This document shows, piece after piece, positions 12,976 through 33,700 of a stretch of 64,000 bases of DNA. The first letter of the stretch is position 1, and every line of letters begins with the position of its first letter. The DNA comes from Chlorokybus atmophyticus (lineage: Eukaryota > Plantae > Mesostigma and Chlorokybus algae): positions 687,608-751,607 of the forward strand of contig RHPI01002823.1 of assembly GCA_009103225.1 (NCBI GenBank), read 5' to 3'. The position numbers were made by a program, and so were the translations under genes. The notes under the pieces are model-generated. The model was not told the origin of the DNA. It worked only from the letters and a program-made list of their open reading frames with translations, and did no database searches.

Positions 12976-15080
12976 TGTGTATGATCCAACTTGTCAGGCT
13001 GCCCAAAGGTGTGCAAGGGTGAGGAATTAGATGGATGTGGGTTTGGGGTGATGGCGTTCTAGTGGTGGGGTGGTGAAGGAGAAAAGTAATTACGGGGGGA
13101 GGAAGCTTGCAGGGCAGTAAGTTGACAGATCGTGTGCTTAAGATTGGCGACTACCAGTATCTGCAATTGCATAGATAATGTAGTGCAGCTATGCTGCCAA
13201 GGGACTGTGCATGCTAGGAGTATTTATGTTCAGCTGATAGGCCATATAGCGTGGCGGTAGTTGCCTAAATGTGATGATGACTGCACATGGCCCTTACTGT
13301 ACACGTTGATATGCAGCTCCAGCCACAACGTGCGCATGCAAACATGCCTAGTGTTGGCGCATGTGATGTATCACCAAGTACACATAGCACCTTGGAAAAA
13401 AAAGAAGCAAAGATAGGTCATAACAATAAGTTACATCATCAACAACAACAGCATCACCATGACGCGATAAACTAACTAACCCATGCCTTAACAATTGACT
13501 ATCACAACCAACACACATGCACCACCAGGCACTTGCGACAGAGGTGACGCGGGCATAGGTGCTGAATGCTAGCCCACTTACCCCAAACGCATGCCACACG
13601 TCGACAATGGCCAGGTGAGGCCAGTGCAGAACGTGGAGGTGCTATATTCAATGCCTCAATGTGATGTTTGTAGCTCACACTCAACAACTCAAAACATCTC
13701 CATGAACGTTACCACGCCTACACAATACATCACAATGTCGTATAATTAAAGCGTTATCAAATAGCTCCTGGCTCGACACCAAACTCACAAGTTGGTACAC
13801 CAGCGGTGCAACATAAACAGGCAAACACGCACCATGTATGCACATGCATGCTATGTACACATACATGCATTTCCCTTGCAGGTACAGCTGGGCAGCACCT
13901 GCTGTTAGTCCGAGTCTGCCTTTCCTATCCTCGCACACAGCCCCGTAGTTTATTTGTGCTGCGGGAAGGGTGGTTGAGTTGATTGGTATGTGATTGCTTG
14001 GTGGTGTCAATAATGCCATGATGAACGCAATGATGGCACAGTGCTGTAACTGCTTGCACTGCGGGCTCCTCCATTTTGCTATACATGTGCACATGCGTAT
14101 GTGTGCACACGCATAAAGTGCACATTATAAGCGTACATATGTGTCGCTTGCATAGCATGTAGGTATGTCGAAAAACTTGCGTTGTTTATGTGCGTACGCA
14201 TGTTTCGATGCTACCCCACATGTACAATTCATCGTTATCATCGTACAATTACGCATCACATCGCATTATCCATGTCATATAATGCGATAAGTATAGTGCG
14301 TATTTTGCATACGTTGATTGACATGTGATGAGACGAATTATTACATATATTATGCTTTCTATAAAAAGCACTATTACAACAATTCGAACTGTGCATTGGT
14401 TGAATAAACAAACGTGCTTGTGATTACAAGCTAAGGCACGCATGTTATTCAATGCGTCACCATTGATTAAGTCGCTCGCTTCATTGATTCACTTAAAATG
14501 TTTGAAAGCGTGCAAGATTATTGATAGCATGCCAAGCCTGATGCCTTATACAAACCACAATCATATAAACAATGAATTCATGCGCCAAGACCAGCGCTAA
14601 CACATACTTGCATTGCACTTAGCCAAATTGTCTTTGTAAAGCCCTCGCTTGAATCAATTTGCTCACCCTGTTCGGCCTGCTCTTGGCTTGCTGTGTGTGC
14701 ATGTGCAGTGCACATTGTGCACGCACTTTGCATCTATCGGAAAGCCTATAATTATCAGCACACTACACATTACACGCAACGTCTCAAGCATGTCAGTGGG
14801 TAAGTGTAAATCATGGCATAAAAGAACATTCAGCACGCCATGAGCGTCGTTTTCACCAATTGTCAATGGTATGGTTCTATCACCAAGTGTCAATGGTACC
14901 ATCATTCGTAACTTCCCTCGAGGTACTATCCGCATCAAACGCCACGCCACGTGGACCATTCCCCTACGCCGCTCCTCAAGTCACGTGACCCCTCCTCCTC
15001 GACCACCACCTCCCTGCCCAGGCCGGCGGCGGCGGCGGCGGCGGCGACGACGTAAAGGAAGAAAATACCACTTCACAGCC

Positions 15081-22149
<7,069 letters not shown>

Positions 22150-22548
22150 TGATGGATAACGGTGTTGATGTTGTTGTTGCTGCGGTGTTGGGTTAGTGAC
22201 TGAGTACTAATGAGGCGCGCGAAGTCTGCAACTTGCTTCAAGTTTGTGATGCAATCACAGTAAAATGCATGGCAATGCTTGCGCAATTCAATGCGATCTA
22301 CCCTCGCTGAGAGCATACTATGCATCCCGCACCATCTCGCTCTTGGCAAGGTTATGCTCTTGGCATTCAAAAGACTCACATGCTTTTCAATGTAAAAAAA
22401 ATCATTATCCTATGGTGGGATTCATGCCATGCGCTCAACCCATCACGCTTTACTCATCACGGCCATTGCCCAGACCATCACGTCATGCTCCCCCGTTGAT
22501 AGCATATGCTCAATAAAAACCATGGAAGTTTCACATATATATATATAT

Positions 22549-22839
22549 NNNNNNNNNNNNNNNNNNNNNNNNNNNNNNNNNNNNNNNNNNNNNNNNNNNN
22601 NNNNNNNNNNNNNNNNNNNNNNNNNNNNNNNNNNNNNNNNNNNNNNNNNNNNNNNNNNNNNNNNNNNNNNNNNNNNNNNNNNNNNNNNNNNNNNNNNNNN
22701 NNNNNNNNNNNNNNNNNNNNNNNNNNNNNNNNNNNNNNNNNNNNNNNNNNNNNNNNNNNNNNNNNNNNNNNNNNNNNNNNNNNNNNNNNNNNNNNNNNNN
22801 NNNNNNNNNNNNNNNNNNNNNNNNNNNNNNNNNNNNNNN
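22549..22839. other. Assembly gap (291 N) preceded by (AT)n
   Basis: Run of N in the sequence. Confidence 0.99.
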
Positions 22840-24400
22840 TTCCAAGGCACACAAACTACATGCTCTTTGTGCCAAGCACACTCAAGCCACCGTTTTTCCC
22901 TATGCTTGAGACATTGGGTATTGTCACTATCCCATCCATTACTAATAGCGGCTAGTAGCGGGATCAAATCAAAGCCAAATTGCTTAGCGGGGGTAAACCT
23001 TCACAGTATTCTTGCAAACATGGATCAGGCACTTACGGGCAAATGCTAGCTCTCAATAGCACAACTTGAAGGCACTGCTAATATCTGTGCGGTAATGGCA
23101 AGCTACTAGGCGCACACGCGCGTGGTTGCAATGATAACACTATGCAAAAAAAAAACACTTAAGTTGGTCAGCCTCAACAAAGACATGCTGAAGAAGGTGA
23201 ACGTGGAGTATATTTATGTACACTTATTCATAGCAGGCTTTGCACCATCATTGCGAGTAGCTACTTGCATGCCAAGCAATGCATGTGTTATTGGTCATAA
23301 AAACCGATATCGCATGTAATGTGCATTTTTACGGAAACAATTATGTAACATGCATGTCTCATGTGCGTATGTGCCATATGGTGTGTGTGTAAAGTGTGAG
23401 CGTGTGTGCTGTGAGTTAAAAATGGACTGCTAGCCGTTTAGATAATTTGTAGGTTGCATTGCCAATGTAATAACTTATGATGATAACAGATAAGCAGCTA
23501 GTGCATGCATTTGTGAGGAGTTTGATGATGACCACCAGCTTACAAGCTACATTATAGGGTAGATACCTATAGTAAATCGTTATTAATTTAAAAATATAGC
23601 TAATGTATAATGTCTTATATCCATATATGTTGCGAGGATTATACGCGCTTCACGCTATGTACATCTTACGTATCAGCCACATCCTTACAAGATGTCAAAA
23701 TGAAAATTGCATCGTAATAATTGTTTGTACGTATAAGTTATACGTTATATAAACTGCTACGTGCTTACAAATATATATACATGTGGACATAGTATTTTAT
23801 TGTGCAAATGTAAAACACATCCGCATAAGAAACCCTTTTATGAACTTTGTATGTAATAATTGGTAAGACTTGCAATTGTCATTGACATGCACCACCACTT
23901 ACCGCATAACTAATCAAGCATAAAGCATTAGTATTGGTAATGTTTTTAGCCTACCGCATACAAAAAGCATTACCCATGTGCGAATAACTGCACATGCCGT
24001 GTATGTGCAATTATCTGCACTGCATAATGCTATGATTTGGTTCCAACATGGTTAAAGTTGACTTCAAATTAAAGTACATTCAAAAATGTGCTTATCAACA
24101 TGCATGCTATTGACTACTAATAAACACTACTTAAAAAGCTTTAACTTATATATTATTTAATATTATCATTATTACAACAAGCGTTAAAAATTGCTCACCA
24201 TGACGTTGTGGTGGCATTGGTGGTCACCTTCTTGCTGCGTGCTTATTTACGTGCTAGCTGCGTGTTACAACCGTCGTTGCTCCAAGAGACAATCGTAGCA
24301 CAATCGTAACAGCATAAGGCGGTTTGCGTGTACACAGAATATTACAGATTGCACCGGTATGCATGATGCGTATTCCCGACACACGTGCGTGCTTGCACTA

Positions 24401-24448
24401 CATGTGGGTGTGACACGTATGCTGGGCCATACGTGTCACACCCACATG
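24401..24448. repeat. Perfect 21-bp inverted repeat with 6-nt spacer (extends with G-U pairs to ~24382-24467)
   Basis: catgtgggtgtgacacgtatg-ctgggc-catacgtgtcacacccacatg. Confidence 0.9.
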
Positions 24449-24474
24449 CAACGCAAGCGCGCGTGCGCGCGTAC

Positions 24475-25027
<553 letters not shown>

Positions 25028-25288
25028 TAACCACAACGTGAACTGTGCTGACTACAAAACTTACATGACGGATTTCCGCATTGCGCGCACTTGCACGCAC
25101 AAGCGCGTACGCACGCACCCATATGCGCTCGCCCACCCACATACCGACTAGGCGGCGCCCACCCACCCATGTCCGCGAGGGTATCCACATGCGCTCCCCG
25201 TGTGCACGCAAGCACATCTTGGCTCGAGCCAACGTAAGAGCACTTGCGTTGCACGGCTATCTTCCTATCTTACTACCAAACATTGCAG

Positions 25289-25491
25289 CGCTCTGCACCA
25301 TTGGCCCTAAGGAGTTGGCACGCCTTCGGCTCCCGACGCTCACCCCGCATGCGATCCGCACGCTGCGCCTTGTGCAACAGCTCCTCGGCGTGCGCTTCCA
25401 CTTCCAGCCGGAGCCTATTAGCGGGATCGAGTTTGCGTCGTGCCTGAGGATCCGGAGCGGTCATCGGAACCTAGCCAAGAAGCTCGCTCAA
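25289..25491 (+). pseudogene. Isolated exon resembling the C-terminus of RCL1 (RNA 3'-terminal phosphate cyclase-like)
   Basis: An acceptor cattgcag|CG precedes LCTIGPKELARLRLPTLTPHAIRTLRLVQQLLGVRFHFQPEPISGIEFASCLRIRSGHRNLAKKL. This resembles my recollection of the plant RCL1 terminus (LCP.DVSKVR.G.LSPY...TLR....FLGV.F.I.P......L.C.G.G..NL.RK). No upstream RCL1 exons are visible, and there is no stop at the expected position. Confidence 0.5.
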
Positions 25492-26723
25492 GGTGTTGAT
25501 GTGGTATTGTTGCTGTGGGGGGAGATGGGTGGGTGGGAGCCAGTTGAGTTTCTCGTTGCTGAGGTTATGTGCACAAGTGTCTAGTTGTATATGTAGTTTG
25601 CTGGCAAGAGGCTGCTGCGTGCGTGTGTGCATGGGTTCGGGGAGGTCAGAGGGGCTGATACGCGTCATCAGCTATGATGATGTTCATGCATTCATAGAAG
25701 GGAACCTATGTCACATGTTGGAAACTTTTCAACTGTTATATGCTGTGCTATACCCTATGCTTGCTTGCTATTGCCTGCTGTCTCACACTAACCGCCCGCG
25801 TGTGTGTGAGCCCCTGCCGTTGCTGCTTATGCTAGCCTAGGTGGTTGTATAGATAGTGTTGGCTTGGTTAGTGCTGGAATGTACAGGATATGCGCGAGAC
25901 AATGTGTAGGGTATAGTATTGAGGTAACCAGCCAGTAGCAGAGCAAACAGGACAAGGCAGGGCATACAGCATGTATCAGAAGAAAGGACAAGCAAGCAGC
26001 ACAAGTAGCTAAGGGGCTGGGTTCCTATATGCGTGCAGTACAACTAGGCAAGACCAGGCAGGGGGAGGTAAGGGAGGGCTGGATCTGTGTGTGTACCAGT
26101 GGTTGTTGAAGCTTGATAATTGTTACAATGCATGTCGACATGTCGTATCAGTGTCTTTGCCTATGCAAAGCATGCAGCAACAGGAAACGATGCATTGCAG
26201 TAAATTCGGGCGCATGCGTGGAAGCGGTATAGGGCAGTGTTGTGCGCAAGCAGATTGCATTCGCTGTTGCATGAGTAGTGAATGATAGTTTGCAGATTCA
26301 CATCCACTATTGCAATCCGTGGCAAAGCAACATATGGCGGGAGTCTACATGACAATGAGCACAACATGTGTGACTGGTTCTTTTACCCACTGTGCACAGC
26401 ATGCGATGCCAGTGCAGTGCAGTGATCACGACTGTCTTTATAAAGTTTGTCTACAATAGTATGCAGTAAAGTCTTGCAAACTCTGCAGCCTTGTGTGGCT
26501 TGGATGCATTCAAGAGTGCAGCCCGGTCTGCTGGTGACCCTTGGCGTGCAAAATGCACTATCCACTCAGTCCTTGCTACTCAAGTTGACAAAATGATGCT
26601 TGAAGTAACTGTTAAACCCGTAACAGTTGCAATCAATACCGTTGACCCAGGCAAGGACACTGCACAAGCACCATCAGCCAGGATGCACGATTACATGAAC
26701 CACACATACTGCAATAAATTTAC

Positions 26724-29700
26724 TCAATCGCTATGTACATCGCGGTCCAAGTGACTGCTGTGGGTTCTTAGAGGCGTGGGGGGAGAGGGTGTATGTGGTG
26801 TGAGCACACTGAGCATGGGTGGACAAGAGCCCACTGCACTGGGGCGGGCCATGGCCGTGACACTGTCCTCCGGGAGGGGCGGTCGTAGCGGCGACTGGAC
26901 ATGGTGAAAGGGCGGGAACTGTACCACAGATGAGTCCAGTCCTGAGTGGGGGCCAGGCCAGGACCCGGAGAGGGGGTCTGCGGCATCTGCGGAGATTCTA
27001 TGCGGGCGAGACATCAGCGGGGACTTCACCCTGGGCGACTCGTGCAAGACTGTCGAAGACATGAGGAAGCGAGACTGCGATAAAGAATTTGGGAAAGAGT
27101 TGCTGCGGTGTGGCGGGTCGGAGTTGGAGCGGGGTTTGGGGAGAGCGCTCCAATCAATTGAGGAGCGGGAGGGAGGAGCGTGTTCGTTGGCCCGGTGTTT
27201 GGAAGAAGGCTGAGAGAGTGGTGGCCTGGGTGCGGGCGGTGAGTAGTTTGCTGCTGGGGACTGCCAGCTGTCAATCATTCTTTGCAGCTCTTCTTTCCAG
27301 CCGAGAAGCTCCGCTAACGACCAGATTCCATCATCGCTGTCACCAAGATACTTGGCGTCACGATAGTTGGTTGCTTCATGAAAGTCAAAGTAGTCCCCAC
27401 CGAAGCCGAGCTGGCGAGCGAAAGGGTTGACCTCACCCACCACTTCCCGATTGATCAGCAACCGTGGAGTACATTTGTCAACTCGTTTAATCAGCGATGC
27501 GAACGGCTCGACCGAGAGGGACGTGCCGAGAACCATCAGCAGGTCACACTCGGGAAAATCCTGTTGCATCAGGTCGAAGAAGCGCCGGGGGAGAGACTCG
27601 CCGAAGAAGACGATGTCGGGCTTGACCAGCCCCCCGCACGAGAGACACCGTGCGATGCGGCTGCTGAAGATGGCGTGCTTGACATAATCCAAGTCGTGCT
27701 CCCGCTTGCAATCAGCCTGGATGCAATGTGCACCCGCAAAAGAGCCGTGTGCCTCCACGAGAGCCTGCAAAAATCAGCAACATGATTAAGATTGATTGTC
27801 AAACCATAAATCACAATGCACAATGTTCGAGCATTCAAATACTAACCTCTCCAGGGACCCCTGCTTGGCGCTCAAGCGTATCAATGTTTTGCGTGTAGTT
27901 GCGCAGAAGGAGCCCCTTCTCGTGCAGCAACCGCACGAAGAAGTGCGTTGGCGTGGGTCTGTAGTTGCCGGGGAAGAGCTCGCGCGCTAATAGGTAGAAA
28001 GGGGAAGGGTTCTCAGCAAAGTAGCTAAGCTCAAAGACTGCCTCTGGGTGAGGCAAGTTATACTTCTGCAGATTGTCATACAGCCCTGTCATAAACAACA
28101 GTGTCAGCAACTGGAAGTCTAAACTAGCACCAACATGACACATGAAACAGCTTGCACACTTGTATACCTGTTCCTGGGGAGCGGAAGTCAGGGATGCCAG
28201 CGCTAACACTAATGCCGGCTCCCGACATGACTACAATGCGCCTTGCTTTGCCAGAGAGAATGAGCTGCGCGATGCCGGCAAGGTCGAACGACTGTAGAAG
28301 GGGCTGGTATTTACGTTGGAGGGGCGCTTGAAATAAATGAGGGCTCGAGGAGGCTAACTCAGCATACATGGCCGCTCTTTTAGAGGCTGGCAAGTAGTTG
28401 ACTGCCATTGAGGCGGATCAGCACTTGCATGCAATACCCACAAGCACAGACTGCGTGCAACACACGACAGCTTGCATTGCCACAATTAAGTAGTAGCGTA
28501 CATGGATCACCATCGCTGTCTTCGTCTTCTTCGTCCTCACACTCTGAGAACTCAGCATCTAGCACATCTGCATCACTATCGCCGTCATCAGCACCCACAG
28601 AAGCAGGCACTTCCATGTCCTGGTCGCGCATGTGATGATCATCTTCCAAATGATGTGCTTCTTGGTGTGGGTGGCTGCCAGGCTCAGCACAATGCTGCGC
28701 TTCTACTTCATTGATGCAGTGTAGCCTGGGTGCTTCACCCACACAGCTTTGCATCAGCAAATGAAGCTGGTCTTGTGGAAAGACAAAGTCATCGTGGGAG
28801 GAGGCATCGTCGTGCATGCTGTGTGGGTCTAAGTGCAACTCCATGAGCAGCTCATCCTCTGCCAAGCCAATCCAATGTCAGGATCCCATTCAATCCCAAC
28901 ATGCCACACCGAGTGGTAGCGTGTAAACAGAAGACAATGCACACACCTGAAGCAATGTCTGGCGCTGAAGTGTCATTTTCAAATGAGTCATTGCTGTTGG
29001 CGCCGTGGTCAAGCAACTCTGTGGGAACTGGCTTCTTACGAACTGCGCTCTGCAGCAACTCCAGTGTGGAAGCCAAGGCCTGCATGCATGCGCAGCCACT
29101 GAGAATCCGCAATTGCATAGTTGTTGTGCAGGCTGAAGAGCGTGCGCAATGAAGAGTTTGACATGTGATGGTGATCGTGAGAAGCTGCATGCAAAAGCAA
29201 GTATGCGCATGACGAGCATTTCCTTTGTGCTGACTACTAGCCGGGAAACAGCATGCTCGCGTGTATGCCAATCTTTGCGACGCAGACCACACAGTGACAT
29301 GCAACTGTACAGTTCACAAACAAATGCACTCAGACATGATGTCAGAACTTCAAGCACAATGCTCTGCATGAACGCTTGTTGCAATACCGCACTGCGCATG
29401 CTATCCCCACTTCACAGGCATGCACAAGCATGCATGCAAGGTTCAAGTACATACACATCAACGCTACGTGTACAGCTGTTGAGCAGCTCCTGCAATTGAG
29501 GTTCAACCAGCAACTGCAATTGAGCAACAGATTGAGGTGCATGGCATACCTTGTCATGAACAGGGCCGTTGCAGCGGTAGCACCATACGAGCAGGTCTCT
29601 AAGACTGATGGCACATGTGTGGCAGGCTGCTGCCTCATGAGCTGCAGCTTGTTGCCTGCCAGTCATGTCACAGGCGCCGTCAGAGCCAGACAACGGCAAA

Positions 29701-30048
29701 GTAAGCCTAAGAATGCTCAGAACAATAACTGAGCAGCCGTAACAGCCTCAGGAACGCTAGCAGCACGGTGGCAGTTTTGCCAGCTAGCGGCATGTTGCCA
29801 TCTGAAACCCTAATAAAACCCTAGCCCAAAACCCTAGCTTTGCTGCAAGCAGTGAAAACGAGCAAACCAGCGGATAGAAAGCTGCTTTCACACCTTCCGT
29901 CAACGATGGCATGGCATGTGAGGCATAGCCAGGCGTCGTCGCTGCGGGCGGCGGCGGCGGCAGCCCGGTGGGCGTCCTGACGGTCCAACACCATCAGGGC
30001 GCCCCACAGGTGTGTACAGCGGGGGGAATAAGCTGAAAGTTGGTCCAT
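26724..30048 (-). CDS. Class I (SIRT2/3-like) NAD-dependent deacetylase with putative N-terminal ZnF-UBP, His/acidic linker and Ser/Pro-rich tail
   Basis: Core exons 28401-28168, 28085-27847, 27764-26724: [85 protein letters not shown]. Upstream exons 30048-29894 and 29655-29550 give [45 protein letters not shown]. Linking exons around 29490-28870 are only partly resolved. Confidence 0.88.
29805..29837. promoter_or_regulatory. Cluster of telo-box-like motifs (AAACCCTAA, 2x AAACCCTAG) in sirtuin intron 1; a further TTAGGGTTT at 30122-30130
   Basis: Motifs read directly from the sequence; function inferred from plant telo-boxes. Confidence 0.45.
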
Positions 30049-30718
30049 GTGTAATCGAGACAACGGCAAGCGGCGGCAATTGTTTACTTGCCGCCGCCGA
30101 CGCCTGTACCGCCGCCGCCGCTTAGGGTTTCAGGCCGACCTGGGCGTGGGCGAAGTTGCCGGGGTCGCTGGGGACGCGAACACCGAGGATCGCGAAGCAG
30201 TTGGCTATGGCGGACGTCGCGAAACACCGCTTTTGGACTCAACTACATTCACAGAATTAAACATATACCCATCAACCGGCTATAACCGTTTTCCAACGTT
30301 GAAAGGCCGAATTTGGGAAGCGTCAGGGACCGGTATAGGCCTATATCCACCAGCAGACTTGGGCTGTATTTACTCTTTCTGCTGTCGTGTAGCGAACCTT
30401 CTGCGCTATCTGAGCACATCTTGGGTAAAGTTAAAGTAAAAATATATAGACATTAACCAAGGCAGCCTTGAACCTGCAGGCTAGACAACGGGCATTCCCG
30501 CGTGGACAATTGTACCTTCCACTGATGGTGTGGTCTGGTCAGGTGGGGTGACGCGACATGTGTCACGTCAGTTTCAGGCAATGTTCACGAGCTAGTTCGG
30601 TCAAACCGGACGAGTATGTGAGCCACTGATCGGGATCAATGGTCCAACCCTAGGCTAGGCTCTGGTGCAGCCTGGTCTGGTCTGGTCTGGCCTGGTGCCG
30701 CCAGGCCAGGCGGCAGCC

Positions 30719-33700
30719 ATGAAGAAGTTTTTGTCCAAGAGTAGGGAGTTGGCAACAAACCTGGCCAGCAACCTGCCAGCGACGTGGGAGATCCCGGCAA
30801 CAGCGACCAGCAGTGGGCCCACCTCGCCGGTCGCCTCGCCGCCTGGCACTGGAGGCAAAGAGCACTCGCCACGCGGATCGGGCGCAGCACCTTCACCTGT
30901 ACCTTACATCAGGTCTGTGCGTGCTAATGGGCATGCACTTTTCCGCTAGTGGCAGTTGCTGTACTTTGCTATGTTGGTCGTTAGTTTGACCATCACGTGT
31001 GAGACACCGAGTGGTTAGCGTGTAACCAACCAACATCCCCTGTCGTTCAACCAGTCAGTGGCGCATACGGTGTGTGTGTCGAGGAGTTCTCTAAGGCAGA
31101 CATCGTGTTGAGCTCGAAGGATGATGTTGCGTCGTTGTAACAATGCGCAAGACCTCACCGTGTGCTTATTCACACCTTAACTGGAAGTATTGAGAAATGC
31201 TGAGTTGGGCCAGCTGTGACCGTGCATGTTGCAACGCAGACTTCCTATTGAGAGCGCGAAGAAGCTGAAGTGGTATGATCAGCAGGAGTTGAGTGAGCTG
31301 ATCAAGATCCACACGGAGGAGCAGCAGCAGGTATGCCTCAAGCATTGTGGGCGCATGAGTGTTGGTACAATTACGTATTGAGTAATGCAGCTCACGTTTA
31401 TGTAGTGTTAGCAGCTCACACGACCAGTTCTGTTGTGTACTGTCCATGCCATGTGTGTTTGTAGCGGTAGGTTGTTCACTGCTTCCTTGCAAGTGAATGC
31501 ATGCACGCAATCAACCACTTGTCACCACTTGCCACCACCAGGTTTTCAAAGAAAATGACGCGCTGCGCGCCCTGTTGTTGCGCAATGTGACAGAGGAGCA
31601 GCTTGAACGGCGACTGGAGCGCATCCGCAATGCTGGCGCAGGGGCTGCAGCTGTCCGCCAAAGCGAGGACGATGTCAATCGGGTCCTGCTGCTCTCTGCT
31701 CAGGTACAGATTGGGATAAAGTCAGATATTTACACGTGCGACTCCAGTGTCACACGAGTGTGCTGGTTCTGGTGCAAACCTCCATCATAAGTTTTGCGTC
31801 TAAGCAGCTGCAGTCAATTGGGCTCTTCAAATGTGTTAAGTTGCGTAATGCAGGCGGAAGTACAAAGGCTGCGCGAGGCAGTTGCAAGTTTGCAAGACGA
31901 CTTACAGGCAGCCGCCTCAACCACAGCGCAAGTGGAGCGGAAGTGGGAGCTGGCGGATGACGATGGTGCGCGCCTCAACAGCCCAGACCCGGCATCCACC
32001 AGTGAAGCGGGTGTTCAAGAAGAGTTGCGCCAGCTGAGGGTGAGACAAGCAGAGCGAGCACTCGGTTCATGCATTGGTTTCAGACACAGCTTTTGCTTGG
32101 TCTTTGATGTAAGGTGTCGCTTCAGGCGCGGGTGCAAGACAGCGAGAGCCTTGCTGCGCAGCTTTTGCAGGAACGGGATGGGCTGAATGCCAGCAAGCAG
32201 TCTTTGTTGGAAGACTTGGAAGCTGTCACAGCTCGTTTGAGCTCTCTGTCGCTGGGGGCAGAGGATAAAGCAGTTCAACTCGTGATTAATGTTGGAGAAG
32301 CCAGCACAGGCACACATGCTTCCCCTCCAGCTGTCTCAAGTCCGTCCACACATGCTTCTGCACAAACAGATGCCAACCCTATCGATGAAGCGCAAGGCAG
32401 CGAAGCCTTGCAGACAAGAGTTGCACAGTTGCAGGTGAAAAATCCATCTCATCCCAGTCTCAGTTTGTCAGTTGAGCAATTAGAGTGGACTCTTGCGTTG
32501 GCTGCCAAGCGTGAAGCTGCATCATGATTAAATGCTGCACTGTTTGCATGCGCAGGCGGAGAATCAGGACTTGCAGGCACAGCTGGAGAAGGAGCGGCAG
32601 CGAGTGAAAGAGACGCGCAAGAGACTCACTGAAGCCCGCGCTGCAGAAGCGCTTGTTGGCTCGATTGATGAAGGTAACTTGCTTACTATTGTGGCCATGT
32701 GCTTGGATGAGGTCCAGGTAGTGATGTCTTCACACGTCAATGTCGCACCTGTTATTTTTGGTATACCAAGCTCATACAGTTTGATGTTATAACAGCGGAG
32801 TTGTCCAAGTCTACTGCTAGCAGCCCTGGATCGCCAAGGAAGGCGAAGCCGAGTGATCCCCTCGGAGCCAACCTGCCTGCTATAAAGACCAGATCTGGCC
32901 ACAGCGCCGTCGCTGTCGACATCAGCTGGTCTGTCCAGATGCTCCAGGACGCATTCGCGCCGGGCAAGAAGAAACCAAAGCAGGCGGTGGTTGAGGCAGC
33001 TGAGCGTGTTCTGGAGCGACTGCAGTCGTGCAACACTGCCAGCAGTAAGCGCTTGCTCTCGCCAGAATGGTGACTGCCAGCGTGTGCAAGGTGTACAGTG
33101 TGCCTTGCACACTGAGTCTCTTTGTGTGTTGGCAGCATCCAAGCCTTCGTCTCCCATGTCACCCCGCCCGGGCTTTTCATATGCGGATGCCGTGCGCACG
33201 GAGGTGGAGACTGCTTTGAAGCACAGCCAGTTTGAGGCCAAGCGCGCAACCGAGCTGGAGGACGAGCTGGTGAAGACCAAGGCAGCCATGCAAGCGCAGC
33301 AGCAGGCTTCCGATGCGAAGCGCGCAGAGCTGGAAAACCTCATAGAAGTAGTCAGGCAGGGTAGCAGCACAACAGTTTTGAAACTGATGGAGCAGCGCGA
33401 GGAGCTGGAAGGCCGACTGAACACAGCTCAGAAAGCAGTTGTTGAGAAGGATACAGAGGTACTGTGTTTGTTGCATGTTGTTCTTAACAAGTTGCAAGTA
33501 TCCCTACGTGCAGTTGGTTGATTGTTGCATCGATGTATGTCACACAGTTGCGGGAACTCGCTCGTCGACTATCAGAGCAGGAAGCGCAGCTAGCAGATGC
33601 ACGGAAGCAGTTGAGCGTACTCGACAGGGGCAAAGCTGCAAATTCAGAGCTTGCAGAGAAGGCGACATTGTCCAGCAGGCCAACATCGCCCGACAGGCCA

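Noticed and set aside
22429-23049. ORFs spanning X runs
   Set aside because: They are artefacts of the N gap.
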